A stretch of DNA of 42,322 nt from Candidatus Aminicenantales bacterium. GTDB taxonomy: Bacteria > Acidobacteriota > Aminicenantia > Aminicenantales > Saccharicenantaceae. Under the pieces are notes generated by a model, which was not told the origin of the DNA, did not search any database, and worked only from the letters and a program-made list of their open reading frames with translations. The translations under genes and the position numbers were made by a program. How positions within the stretch are numbered: the stretch's first letter is position 1; each line of letters starts with the position of its first letter. This document shows, one piece after another, positions 25,101 through 34,053 of this stretch. The stretch lies in assembly GCA_041736225.1 (NCBI GenBank), contig JBGSUG010000073.1, forward strand, positions 1 through 42,322, given 5' to 3'.

Positions 25101-26117
25101 TTAGCCCTTCTGGCCCTCGATGAGGTCGAGGACGTCCTCGGAGTCGCGCCAGTTCTCGCGGACGCGCACTTGAAGCTCCAGATAGACCTTGTGGCCGATG
25201 TATTCCGCGATCTCCTGGCGGGCCTCGATGCCGACCTGCTTGACGAGCGAGCCGTGGCGGCCGATGACGATCTTGCGGTGGTTGTCCTTCTCGACGAAGA
25301 TCGCGGCCCGGATATGCGTCAGGGGCCGCATCTCGCCGGGCTTCTTCCAGTCCGGCTGTTCTTTGTTCTCGATGGACTCGATGTAGACGGCCGTGACGAA
25401 GGGCAGCTCCTGGGTGACGTACTTGAGGATCTTCTCCCGGACGATCTCGGCGAAGAGGAAGCGCTCCGACTGGTCGGAGATCTCCTCGTCGGAGTAAAGC
25501 TTGGGGGCCTCCGGCAGGGCCTCCGTCAGGAGCTTCTCCAGGACGTCGAGGTTGACGCCTTTGAGGGCCGAGATGGGGATGATCTCCCGGAAGGGGAAGA
25601 GGTCCTTGTAGCGGTCGATGATCGGCAGGACCTTGTCCTTGCGGACGATGTCCACCTTGTTGATGAGCAGGAAGACGGGCGTCTTGACCTTGCGCAGGGT
25701 CTCCAGGACGTACTCGTCGCCGTGGCCGAACTTCTCCGTCGCGTCGACGAGCAGGCAGACGAGGTCGGACGTCTCCAGCGCCGAGTAGACGAAGTTCATC
25801 ATCCTCTTGTTGAGCGTGTGGAGCGGCTTGTGGATGCCCGGGTTGTCGACGAAGACGGTCTGGCCCTTGTCCGTCGTCTTGATGCCCAGGATGCTGATCC
25901 GGGTCGTCTGGGGCTTGTCCGAAACGATGGCCACCTTCTGGCCGATCAAGGCGTTGAGCAGGGTCGACTTTCCCGTGTTCGGCCGCCCGACGAGGGCTAC
26001 GTATCCGGTCTTGTAGACCGGCTTCGGGGCCGCCTTCTTCCGGGCGGGCGCCCGCTTCTTCGGGGCGGGCTTGGCCGGCTTTTCCGCCTCTGCGGTTTTC
26101 TTGGTCGTCCTCGGCAT
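25101..26117 (-). CDS. era: GTPase Era with a 37-aa Lys/Ala/Pro-rich N-terminal extension
   Basis: The motifs are GYVALVGRPNTGKSTLLNAL, DTPG-equivalent DNPGIH and NKVD, with a C-terminal KH domain. The ATG at 26117 is preceded by GAGGGGGA. Confidence 0.95.
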   Translation of the reverse strand: MPRTTKKTAEAEKPAKPAPKKRAPARKKAAPKPVYKTGYVALVGRPNTGKSTLLNALIGQKVAIVSDKPQTTRISILGIKTTDKGQTVFVDNPGIHKPLHTLNKRMMNFVYSALETSDLVCLLVDATEKFGHGDEYVLETLRKVKTPVFLLINKVDIVRKDKVLPIIDRYKDLFPFREIIPISALKGVNLDVLEKLLTEALPEAPKLYSDEEISDQSERFLFAEIVREKILKYVTQELPFVTAVYIESIENKEQPDWKKPGEMRPLTHIRAAIFVEKDNHRKIVIGRHGSLVKQVGIEARQEIAEYIGHKVYLELQVRVRENWRDSEDVLDLIEGQKG

Positions 26118-26136
26118 GGTTCCCCCTCGGCCCGCG

Positions 26137-27363
26137 TCAGGCCCTCCGGATCCTCAGCTTCTTGACCTTCTTCTGGTCGACGTCGATGACCTCGAGCGTG
26201 AGGCCCTTGATGGCGAGCGACTCGCCCTTGTGGGGCAGCCGGCCCAGCTCGTGGGTGATGAGCCCGCCGACCGTGATGAAATCGTCCTCGGCCAGCTCGA
26301 CGTCGAACAGCTCCTCGAGCTCCTCGACCTCGGTCGCCCCGGACACGGTGAAGTCGAGGGGCGCGTTCTCGAGGATCATGGCCTCTTCGGTGTCGTACTC
26401 GTCCTGGATCTCGCCGACGATCTCCTCGACGACGTCCTCCATGGTGACGAGGCCGGAGACGCCGCCGTGCTCGTCGACGACGATGGCCAGCTTCTGCTTG
26501 ACCTTCTGGAACTCGCGCAGGAGGTCGGGGACGGGCATGGATTCGGGGACGTAGGCAACGGGCCGGATGAGGGCCTCGATGGGCTGGAGCTTGTGCTTGT
26601 CGTCGGAGTACTCGAGGATGTCCTTGGCCATGACGATCCCGTCCATGTTGTCGAGCCGGTCCTTGTAGACGGGGATCCGCGAGTACTTCTCCTTGATGAT
26701 GAGGTCCTTGAGGTTGTCGATGGTGGCGTCGCGGCGGATGCAGACCATGTTGCTCCGGGACGTCATGACCTCCCGGACGACGGTGTCGCCGAACTCGACG
26801 ACGCTGCGCAGGAGCTCGTCCTCGCCCTTGTCGATGATGCCCTCCTCGGTGGCCTCGTCGATGAAGGTCTCGATCTCCTCGTCGGACGCCTCGCGGTCCG
26901 CCTCGTTCTCCTCCCTCTGCTCCTCGCGCTCCAGGAGGTTGCGGGAGATGACGAGCAGGGGAGAGGCGATGAGCCGGACCGCCGGGAACGCGGGCAGGAA
27001 CATCTTGAGGAGGGCCGGCTTGCCGACGTAGACGAGAAGGCGCGGGACGAGGTCGAGGCAGACGCCGTAGACGGCCAGGGCGGCCAGGAAGAGCCCGATC
27101 GGCCTGATCCCGGCTCCCTGGGAGACGACGAAGCCGTAGACGACCAGGGCCAGGAGGGCGACGATCCTCAGGAACTCGACGGCGAGCAGGGTCTCCTCGA
27201 AGCTGCCGAGGATCCGGGCGCGCTCGGCCTTGTCCCGGTTCTCCAGGAAGCGGCTGAGGGAGATCTTCGAATAGGCGCCGAGGACGATGTGGAGAAGCGA
27301 CAGCAGGAAGGCGGCCAGGAAGGCCAGGCCCAGTCCGATCCAAGTGACGGCCGACGCGGTCAT
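26137..27363 (-). CDS. Hemolysin-family / CorC-type transporter-associated protein (DUF21 membrane domain + CBS pair + CorC_HlyC)
   Basis: It has four N-terminal TM helices and a CBS pair (VREVMTSRSNMV...; PVYKDRLDNMDGIV). The C-terminal transporter-associated domain includes GGLITHELGRLPHKGESL. Confidence 0.9.
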   Translation of the reverse strand: MTASAVTWIGLGLAFLAAFLLSLLHIVLGAYSKISLSRFLENRDKAERARILGSFEETLLAVEFLRIVALLALVVYGFVVSQGAGIRPIGLFLAALAVYGVCLDLVPRLLVYVGKPALLKMFLPAFPAVRLIASPLLVISRNLLEREEQREENEADREASDEEIETFIDEATEEGIIDKGEDELLRSVVEFGDTVVREVMTSRSNMVCIRRDATIDNLKDLIIKEKYSRIPVYKDRLDNMDGIVMAKDILEYSDDKHKLQPIEALIRPVAYVPESMPVPDLLREFQKVKQKLAIVVDEHGGVSGLVTMEDVVEEIVGEIQDEYDTEEAMILENAPLDFTVSGATEVEELEELFDVELAEDDFITVGGLITHELGRLPHKGESLAIKGLTLEVIDVDQKKVKKLRIRRA

Positions 27364-27770
27364 GCCAGGTAGAGCCCGTGGGCCTTCCGCTCCTCTTCCT
27401 CGATGCCGGCGAAGTGGTCGAAGCCGAGAAGATGGAGGTAGCCGTGGATGGCGAGCAGGCGCAGCTCGCGGTCGAGCGAGTGGCCCTTCTCCCGGGCCTG
27501 GCGGTCGGCGACCGGCACGGCGATGACGATGTCGCCCAGATAGTACTTGCCGTCCGGACCCTTCTCCCCGAGAGGGAAGCTGAGGACGTCGGTCGGCCGG
27601 TCTTTCTTCATGAACTTGCGGTTCAGGGTCCGGATGGCTTTGTCGCCGACGAAGGCCAGGGTGACCTCCGGGTCGGCGAGCCGGTACTGCCGGCCGAGGT
27701 CCGCGAGCAGGCGCTCAAACGCTTTTGTCCGGATCCGGTGCTTTTTCTGGCGGTTGATGATCTCGATCAT
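27360..27770 (-). CDS. ybeY: rRNA maturation endoribonuclease YbeY
   Basis: The zinc motif HGYLHLLGFDH is present. Its size and its position in the phoH...era operon fit YbeY. Confidence 0.93.
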   Translation of the reverse strand: MIEIINRQKKHRIRTKAFERLLADLGRQYRLADPEVTLAFVGDKAIRTLNRKFMKKDRPTDVLSFPLGEKGPDGKYYLGDIVIAVPVADRQAREKGHSLDRELRLLAIHGYLHLLGFDHFAGIEEEERKAHGLYLA

Positions 27771-30114
27771 GGTCCTTTTTCTTGTTGCCGTTCGCCCCGT
27801 CTTTCCGGGCCGGCCGGCCGTTGAAGCCGAAGCCCGGGTATTCGATGCGGGGATGGTAGATGGCGAAAAGGATGGTCAGGAACGACGCGGCGACGTTGCG
27901 CAGTTCCCGCAGGGAGAAATCGCAGGCGTCGAGCTGCCCGTCCTGGAGGGTGGCGTTGATGATGTCGGTGATGACCCGCTTGAGGTTGTCCTTGGTCGGC
28001 GCCTTGAGGCTGCGCGAGGCGGCCTCGACCGCGTCGGCCAGCATGACCAGGCCGGCCTCCTTCGACTGGGGCGGCGGCCCCGGATAGCGGAAGGGCTCCT
28101 CGCCCACGGTCTGTCCTTCGGGGTCGTAGAGCTGCTTGGCCTTGGCGTAGAAGAAGCGGACGAGCGAGTTACCGTGGTGCTGCTCGATGATCTCGCGGAT
28201 GGGCCGGGGCAGCTTGAGCTTGCGGGCGATCTCGGCCCCTTCCTTGACGTGGTTCTTGATGACCAGCGTGCTCATCGAGGGCGTCAGGTCCTTGTGGAGG
28301 TCGAATTCCCGGGACCGGTTCTCGATGAAGTACTCCGGCATCTTGGTCTTGCCGATGTCGTGGTAGAGGGCCCCGGCTTTCGTCAGCTGGGTGTCCAGGC
28401 CGAGCTCCTCGGCCGCCTTTTCGGCGAGCGAGGCGACGACGAGGGAATGATGGTACGAGCCCGGGGCCTCCTCGGAAAGCTGGCGGAAAATGGGCAGATC
28501 GGAGTTGGTCAGCTCCAGGAGCTTCGAGCCGGTCACGAAGCCGAAGGCCGATTCCACGAGGGGCAGGAGGAGGAAGGCCAGCACGGCGCTGGCCGCCCCG
28601 CCGATGACTCCCATGATGATCCGGGCCGTGAGCCCGGCCAGGTCGCCCCCGCCTTCGATGAGGCTGAAGGCGAGGAGGATGAAGGCGTTGGCCGCGGGCA
28701 GAACGATGAAACCGGCCCGGAGCGTCGCCGCCCGGAAGCGCCTCTTGTAGAGCTTGACGCCGTAACCCGCGGCCAGGCCGCCCAGGAAGCTGAACATGGT
28801 CAGGGTGAAATCGCCCCCGAACAGGATACCGACGGTCACGGTGTTGAGGATGATGCAGAGGAGCGTGATCTGGGCGGGGACGAGGAAGGCGAAGACGAGG
28901 ACCGCCGCCTGCAGGGGGAAAGCGAAATAGAAGGTCTCGACGCGCGAGAACGCCGGCGTCGCGAAGGCCCCGGAGACGGCCGCGGCCAGGACCAGAAAGA
29001 TCTTGTAGAGGACGAGGCTGCCGAGGAGCGCCGCGCCCATCATCCGGAACTGACGCTCGGCCTCGCGGGGCTTGGCGGTGGCCCGGAGATAGCTCCAGAG
29101 GGCGAAGAAGAGGAGCCCGTAGAGCAGGAAAGCGCCGGCGAAGCGCGGCAGCCAGCTCGAGCGCCGCCGCATCCTCTGGTTATAGGGCTCCAGGACCTTG
29201 AGCGTATCGGCCGTGACTTCGTCGCCTTTGCGGACGATGATCCGGTCCTTCTTGACGGTCAAGGTGACCGTGCCGACCGCGTCCCTGGCCTGCGCTTTCC
29301 TCTTATCGGTCTCGATCTTGTTGTAGGTGACGTTGGAGGTCAGGAAGATCTGTCCCAGGTTGGAGAGCAGCGTCCGGTCCCTGGCCGGGAGCTCGATCTT
29401 GTCGAGGTCGGCGGCGAAGCGGCTCTCGCTCTCGCGGATGTCGAGGAGGTCGCCGACGCGGACCGTCCGCTCGCCGCGCTGCCCGTCGAGGAGGGTCATG
29501 CCCCTGTCCGCTTCGCCGTGGATGAAGAGGTTCTTGGCGACGATGATGCCCTGGTCGAAGGTCTTGGCCGTCAGGTTGACCAGCATCTCTTCGAGCTCGG
29601 CCGGGAATTTCAGCCGGGCCAGGGTCGCGACGTCCGCGGCCTCGAGATCGACGCCCAGCTTGTCGAGGAGCACCGAACGGAGCTCTTCCGGGGGACGGCC
29701 CCCGGGGGCCTTGGAAGTCCAGTCGCGGCCTTCGGCGAACAGCCGCCGGATCTTGTCCTCGGTGACGGCGAAGACGTTGGGATCGTACGTATAGACGGGC
29801 AGGATGGCGTCGGCGGCCTCGGTCTTTTTCTGGAGCGTCGCTTCGTCGTCCTCGATGAGAAGGTCGAAGGGCGCGACGACGTCCGCCGGAGCGATGTCGT
29901 CCAAGGCGAGCGCCGACAGGCCCTGCGAGGGCAGGCGGACCAGGAAGAGCGCGGCGACGACGGCGACGATCGCCAGAAAGACCCAGGGGCTGTCGAAAAA
30001 GCCTCGGCCCGGGGGCTGGCCCTTCTCCTCTTCGCCGGATTCGGCGGCGGGCCGTCCGGGCTGGATCTCGGCGCCCTTGAAGAGCTTGATCTTGTCGAAG
30101 AAGCGGTCGGGCAT
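27715..30114 (-). CDS. pgpH: Membrane 7TM-HD phosphohydrolase (PgpH/YqfF family, HDIG domain)
   Basis: It has an extracellular N-terminal domain, a 7TM block and an HD domain (HHSLVVASLAE...LYHDIGK...EQHHG). The ORF tail overlaps the ybeY start by 56 nt. Confidence 0.88.
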   Translation of the reverse strand: MPDRFFDKIKLFKGAEIQPGRPAAESGEEEKGQPPGRGFFDSPWVFLAIVAVVAALFLVRLPSQGLSALALDDIAPADVVAPFDLLIEDDEATLQKKTEAADAILPVYTYDPNVFAVTEDKIRRLFAEGRDWTSKAPGGRPPEELRSVLLDKLGVDLEAADVATLARLKFPAELEEMLVNLTAKTFDQGIIVAKNLFIHGEADRGMTLLDGQRGERTVRVGDLLDIRESESRFAADLDKIELPARDRTLLSNLGQIFLTSNVTYNKIETDKRKAQARDAVGTVTLTVKKDRIIVRKGDEVTADTLKVLEPYNQRMRRRSSWLPRFAGAFLLYGLLFFALWSYLRATAKPREAERQFRMMGAALLGSLVLYKIFLVLAAAVSGAFATPAFSRVETFYFAFPLQAAVLVFAFLVPAQITLLCIILNTVTVGILFGGDFTLTMFSFLGGLAAGYGVKLYKRRFRAATLRAGFIVLPAANAFILLAFSLIEGGGDLAGLTARIIMGVIGGAASAVLAFLLLPLVESAFGFVTGSKLLELTNSDLPIFRQLSEEAPGSYHHSLVVASLAEKAAEELGLDTQLTKAGALYHDIGKTKMPEYFIENRSREFDLHKDLTPSMSTLVIKNHVKEGAEIARKLKLPRPIREIIEQHHGNSLVRFFYAKAKQLYDPEGQTVGEEPFRYPGPPPQSKEAGLVMLADAVEAASRSLKAPTKDNLKRVITDIINATLQDGQLDACDFSLRELRNVAASFLTILFAIYHPRIEYPGFGFNGRPARKDGANGNKKKDHDRDHQPPEKAPDPDKSV

Positions 30115-30120
30115 GGCGCG

Positions 30121-31068
30121 TCAGCTCTCCCGGGATTCGGCCTTCTGGTAGGCCTTGACGATCTTCTGGACGAGCGGGTGGCGGACGACGTCCTTGTCGT
30201 TGAACTGGATGAAGGCGATCTCCGGGAGGGAGATGAGGATCTTCATCGCCTGGAGGACGCCCGACTTGCGGGGCTGGGGCAGGTCGATCTGGGTGATGTC
30301 GGCCGTGATGACCAGCTTCGAGTCGAAGCCGGCCCGGGTCAGGATCATCTTCATCTGCTCCCGGGTCGTGTTCTGGGCCTCGTCGAGGATGATGAAGGCG
30401 CCGTTGAGCGTCCGGCCGCGCATGAAGGCCAGGGGCGCGATCTCGATGACCCCCCGTTCGATCAGGCGGTTGGCCTGGTCGTACTGGGAGAGGTCGAACA
30501 GGGCGTCGTAGAGGGGCCGAAGGTAGGGATTGATCTTTTGGATGAGGTCCCCGGGCAGGAAACCGAGCTTTTCGCCCGCCTCGACAGCCGGGCGGGTGAG
30601 GATAATGCGGTTGACGGCCTTGTTCTGGAGGAAGGCCAGGGCCATGGCCATGGCCAGGTAGGTCTTGCCCGTGCCGGCCGGGCCGATGCCGAAGACCAGG
30701 TCGTGGGTCTTGATGGCCTGGATGTAGGCCTGCTGGTTGAGGCTCCTGGGGGTGACCGATTTCCGGGACAGGGCCAGGGGCTCGGCCGGCGCGTAGCCTT
30801 CCAGGGAGGCGGGCGATCCCTCTTCGACCATGTCCAGGGCGATCAGGAGGTCCTCCTCGCGGAGCTGGTGGCCCTTCTCGCCGAGCTGGCGGAGGCGATC
30901 GAAGTAGCTCTTGGCGAAGGCGACCCGGTGGGAGTCCCCGTCGACGAGGAGCTGGTCGCCGCGCAGGGCCAGGCTGACGCCCAGGCGGGATTCCAGCTTT
31001 TTCAGGGTTTTCCCCTGGACGCCGGACAGGGCAGATTCGTTCATCAGAGGAAGAGTGATCTTTTCCAT
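30121..31068 (-). CDS. phoH: PhoH-family ATPase (YbeZ-like)
   Basis: The Walker A motif is GPAGTGKTYLA, with ILDEAQN and a PhoH C-terminal block. Confidence 0.93.
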   Translation of the reverse strand: MEKITLPLMNESALSGVQGKTLKKLESRLGVSLALRGDQLLVDGDSHRVAFAKSYFDRLRQLGEKGHQLREEDLLIALDMVEEGSPASLEGYAPAEPLALSRKSVTPRSLNQQAYIQAIKTHDLVFGIGPAGTGKTYLAMAMALAFLQNKAVNRIILTRPAVEAGEKLGFLPGDLIQKINPYLRPLYDALFDLSQYDQANRLIERGVIEIAPLAFMRGRTLNGAFIILDEAQNTTREQMKMILTRAGFDSKLVITADITQIDLPQPRKSGVLQAMKILISLPEIAFIQFNDKDVVRHPLVQKIVKAYQKAESRES

Positions 31069-31121
31069 TTTTTTCAGGGGCGGGGGGCCCGAGCGGGTTC
31101 GGTTTCCGTCATTATCAAGGC

Positions 31122-31152
31122 ATTATACCCATAACGCCGCGCCCCTTGTCAA
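31122..31152 (-). promoter_or_regulatory. Sigma70-type promoter for the phoH operon
   Basis: The minus strand reads TTGACA-19 nt-TATAAT. The long spacer lowers confidence. Confidence 0.4.
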
Positions 31153-31166
31153 GCGACCCTCCCAGC

Positions 31167-31195
31167 GGGGACACGTACCAAGGGTACGTGTCCCC
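31167..31195. repeat. Perfectly symmetric copy of the palindromic hairpin family, centred between the divergent phoH and RHH promoters
   Basis: GGGGACACGTACC-AAG-GGTACGTGTCCCC has all 13 arm positions complementary. It sits 14-15 nt upstream of each predicted -35 element. Confidence 0.8.
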
Positions 31196-31208
31196 GGAGC
31201 ACAGGCCC

Positions 31209-31237
31209 TTGAAAATCGGGCCCGTCTGGGGTATAAA
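31209..31237 (+). promoter_or_regulatory. Sigma70-type promoter that predicts a leaderless RHH-sat transcript
   Basis: In TTGAAA-17 nt-TATAAA, the last -10 base is 7 nt before the A of the ATG at 31244. No Shine-Dalgarno sequence is possible in that space. Confidence 0.5.
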
Positions 31238-31243
31238 TCCACC

Positions 31244-31459
31244 ATGGACAAAGAATTCACGACGGTATCGATACCCACCTCGCTCCACAAGAAGATCGAG
31301 GAGTTCATCAAGGGGACGGAATACGCCTCCGTCTCGAGCTATGCGGCCAAGGTCCTCAGGGAAAGCCTGTCCAAGCCGGAGCCGGCGACCGAGGTCTTCA
31401 GCAAGGACGAGGAAGAGAAGGTCAAGGAACGCCTGAAGGCCCTGGGATACATCGACTGA
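31244..31459 (+). CDS. Ribbon-helix-helix (CopG/Arc-like) DNA-binding protein
   Basis: MDKEFTTVSIPTSLHKKIEEFIKG...YAAKVLRESL fits a beta-strand/helix/helix RHH pattern. The gene is an internal segment of track ORF 30911..31459. Confidence 0.6.
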   Translation: MDKEFTTVSIPTSLHKKIEEFIKGTEYASVSSYAAKVLRESLSKPEPATEVFSKDEEEKVKERLKALGYID

Positions 31460-31514
31460 CCCGCCCGGCCGCCCGATCGCCCTATCCTTCCGGAATAGGA
31501 ACAAGGAGAGAACC

Positions 31515-32663
31515 ATGATCCAGCCTCACGGCGGAAAGCTCGTCGACAGGGTCCTGACGGACAAGAAAAGGGACGCGGCGCTCACCGGGGCCGGGCGGCT
31601 GGCCCGCCTGACGGTCGATTCCGAGATCGTCTCCGACCTCGAGAACATCGCCACGGGGGTCTATAGCCCCCTCGAGGGCTTCCTCGGAGAGGCCGACTTC
31701 CGGAGCGTTCTCGCCGGGAGCCGCCTGCGTTCGGATGTCGCCTGGACCGTGCCCATCGTGCTCGACGCCGACGAGGCGACGGCCGGCAAGCTCAAGATCG
31801 GGGACGAGGTGTTGCTCGCGGCCGAGGACGGGCGGCCCGTCGCCATCCTCCATCTCGAGGAAAAGTACAGCTACGACAAGGGCGAGATGGCCGATAAGGT
31901 CTTCGGGACGCGCGACGCGGCCCACCCCGGCGTCGCCAAGGTCCTCAAGATGAAGGACGTCCTCCTGGCCGGGCCGATCGATCTCATCGAGATCACGCCG
32001 ACGCCGTTCGACCGCTGGAAGCTCGCGCCGAAGGAGACCCGGGTCCTCTTCGAGGCCAAGGGCTGGAAGACGGTCGTCGGCTTCCAGACGCGCAACACCC
32101 CCCACCTGGGGCACGAATACGTCCAGAAGGCGGCCCTGACCTTCACCGACGGCCTGTTCATCAACCCCGTCATCGGCCGCAAGAAGAAGGGCGATTTCAA
32201 GGACGAGATCATTCTGGCGTCCTACGAGGAGGCCATCCGGCGCTACTACGTCAAGGAGCGGACGGCCCTGGCCATCCTCCAGATGGAGATGCGCTACGCC
32301 GGGCCGCGCGAGGCCATCCACCACGCCATCCTGCGCAAGAATTTCGGCTGCACCCACATCATCATCGGCCGGGACCATGCCGGAGTGGGCTCCTATTACG
32401 CCCCGTTCGCCGCTCAGGACATCTTCGCCGACTTCCCCGACCTGGGCATCGCGCCGATGTTCTTCCGGTCGTTCAGCTGGTGCAAGACCTGCGGGGCGGT
32501 CGTCAACGAGAAGATCTGCCCCCACCCGCCGGCCGAGCATGTTCAGTTCAGCGGCACGAAGATCCGCGACCTCCTGGTGAACGGCGAGTGCCCGCCGCCG
32601 GAGCTGATGCGGCCGGAGGTGGCCGACGTCATCATGCGCTTCAAGGATCCGTTCAATGAATGA
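31515..32663 (+). CDS. sat: Sulfate adenylyltransferase (ATP sulfurylase)
   Basis: The motifs are GFQTRNTPHLGHEY and IIGRDHAGVG, with a PUA-like N-terminal domain. AAGGAGAG lies upstream of the ATG. Confidence 0.95.
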   Translation: MIQPHGGKLVDRVLTDKKRDAALTGAGRLARLTVDSEIVSDLENIATGVYSPLEGFLGEADFRSVLAGSRLRSDVAWTVPIVLDADEATAGKLKIGDEVLLAAEDGRPVAILHLEEKYSYDKGEMADKVFGTRDAAHPGVAKVLKMKDVLLAGPIDLIEITPTPFDRWKLAPKETRVLFEAKGWKTVVGFQTRNTPHLGHEYVQKAALTFTDGLFINPVIGRKKKGDFKDEIILASYEEAIRRYYVKERTALAILQMEMRYAGPREAIHHAILRKNFGCTHIIIGRDHAGVGSYYAPFAAQDIFADFPDLGIAPMFFRSFSWCKTCGAVVNEKICPHPPAEHVQFSGTKIRDLLVNGECPPPELMRPEVADVIMRFKDPFNE

Positions 32664-34038
32664 CCGGAAGGTCGTCGTCGTCGGGCTCGACTGCGCGCCG
32701 CCCGAGATCGTCTTCGACCGGCGCGGGGAGTTCCCGGTCCTGAACGGGCTGATCGAGAAAGGGCTCTGGGGAAAGCTCCGCAGCTCCGACCCGCCCATCA
32801 CCATCCCGGCCTGGATGGTCATGGCCACCGGGCTCGACCCGGGACGGCTGGGGCTCTACGGCTTCCGCCACCGCACGGGCTATTCCTACGACAAGATGTG
32901 GATCGCCAACTCGAAGGCGGTCAAGGAGAAGCGCCTCTGGGATTACATCGGCGAGGCGGGCGGGACGAGCACCCTCGTCAGCGTGCCGCCGAGCTACCCG
33001 CCCTATCCCGTGGCCGGGAACCTCGTCTCCTGCTTCATCACGCCCCCGGGGCCGGGGAAGGAAACGACCTGGCCGGCCGGGCTCAAAGCCGAGATCGAGG
33101 AGAGGTTCGGGCCCTATATCTTCGACGTCGTCTTCCGCACGGAGGACCGCGACCAGATCCTGCGCGAGATCTACGCCATGACCGACAAGCGCTTCGAGGT
33201 CATGGAGTGGCTCATCGAGACCAAGCCCTGGAACCTGTTCATGTTCGTCGAGATCGGGGTCGACCGCGTCCATCACGCTTTCTGGAAGTACATGGACCGG
33301 GCGCACCACCTTTACGAGCCGGGCAACCGTTTCGAGACGGCCATCGTCGACTACTACAAGCACCTCGACGCGAAGATCGGCCGGCTCCTGGCCAAGGCGG
33401 GCGACGGCACGGCCGTGCTGGTGGTCTCCGACCACGGCGCGAAAAGGATGAAGGGCGCCTTCTGCGTCAACGAGTGGCTGATCGAGAAGGGCTGGCTGGC
33501 CGTCAAGGAGCGTCCGGCGAAGCCGACGAGCCTCGACGACCTGGCCATCGACTGGGAGAAGACCCGGGCCTGGGCCTGGGGCGGTTATTACGCCCGCGTC
33601 TTCCTCAACGTCGAAGGGCGCGAGCCCAAGGGCGTCATCCCCGCCGAGGATTACGAGAAGGTGCGCGACGAGCTTCTGGCCGAGATCGAGGCCGTCCGGG
33701 GGCCGGCGGGGGAGGCCTGGGCGACCAAGGTCATCAAGCCGCAGGAATATTACGAGGTGCTCGAGGGCGAGTACCCCGATCTCATGGTCTACTTCGACGA
33801 CCTCTACTGGCGGTCGGCGGGGACGCTCGGCTACGGAACGATGTACCTCCCGGAGAACGACACCGGGCCGGACGACGCCGTCCACGCCCAGCACGGGATC
33901 TACATCCTGAGCGACCCGGCGAGCGGCCGCGCGGGACGTCGCGACGGCGACATCCTGGACATCGCGCCGACCGTCCTCGACATCATGGGCCTCCCCATCC
34001 CAGAAAAAATGAAAGGCCGGGTCCTCCGGCCGGAATGA
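32656..34038 (+). CDS. Alkaline-phosphatase superfamily protein (type I phosphodiesterase / nucleotide pyrophosphatase family)
   Basis: The N-terminal metal-site block is VVVVGLDCAPPE...PITIPAWMVMATG, followed later by VSDHG. The start overlaps the sat stop by 8 nt. Confidence 0.8.
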   Translation: MNDRKVVVVGLDCAPPEIVFDRRGEFPVLNGLIEKGLWGKLRSSDPPITIPAWMVMATGLDPGRLGLYGFRHRTGYSYDKMWIANSKAVKEKRLWDYIGEAGGTSTLVSVPPSYPPYPVAGNLVSCFITPPGPGKETTWPAGLKAEIEERFGPYIFDVVFRTEDRDQILREIYAMTDKRFEVMEWLIETKPWNLFMFVEIGVDRVHHAFWKYMDRAHHLYEPGNRFETAIVDYYKHLDAKIGRLLAKAGDGTAVLVVSDHGAKRMKGAFCVNEWLIEKGWLAVKERPAKPTSLDDLAIDWEKTRAWAWGGYYARVFLNVEGREPKGVIPAEDYEKVRDELLAEIEAVRGPAGEAWATKVIKPQEYYEVLEGEYPDLMVYFDDLYWRSAGTLGYGTMYLPENDTGPDDAVHAQHGIYILSDPASGRAGRRDGDILDIAPTVLDIMGLPIPEKMKGRVLRPE

Positions 34039-34053
34039 AAGGAAAGAGAGCGC

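Noticed and set aside
27547-31134. A 1195-aa ORF on the plus strand.
   Set aside because: It is antisense to four strongly recognisable genes (ybeY, pgpH, phoH). The translation is low-complexity (G/R/D/E/A/L/V-rich) with no motifs. This is a typical shadow ORF of high-GC DNA, where stop codons are rare.
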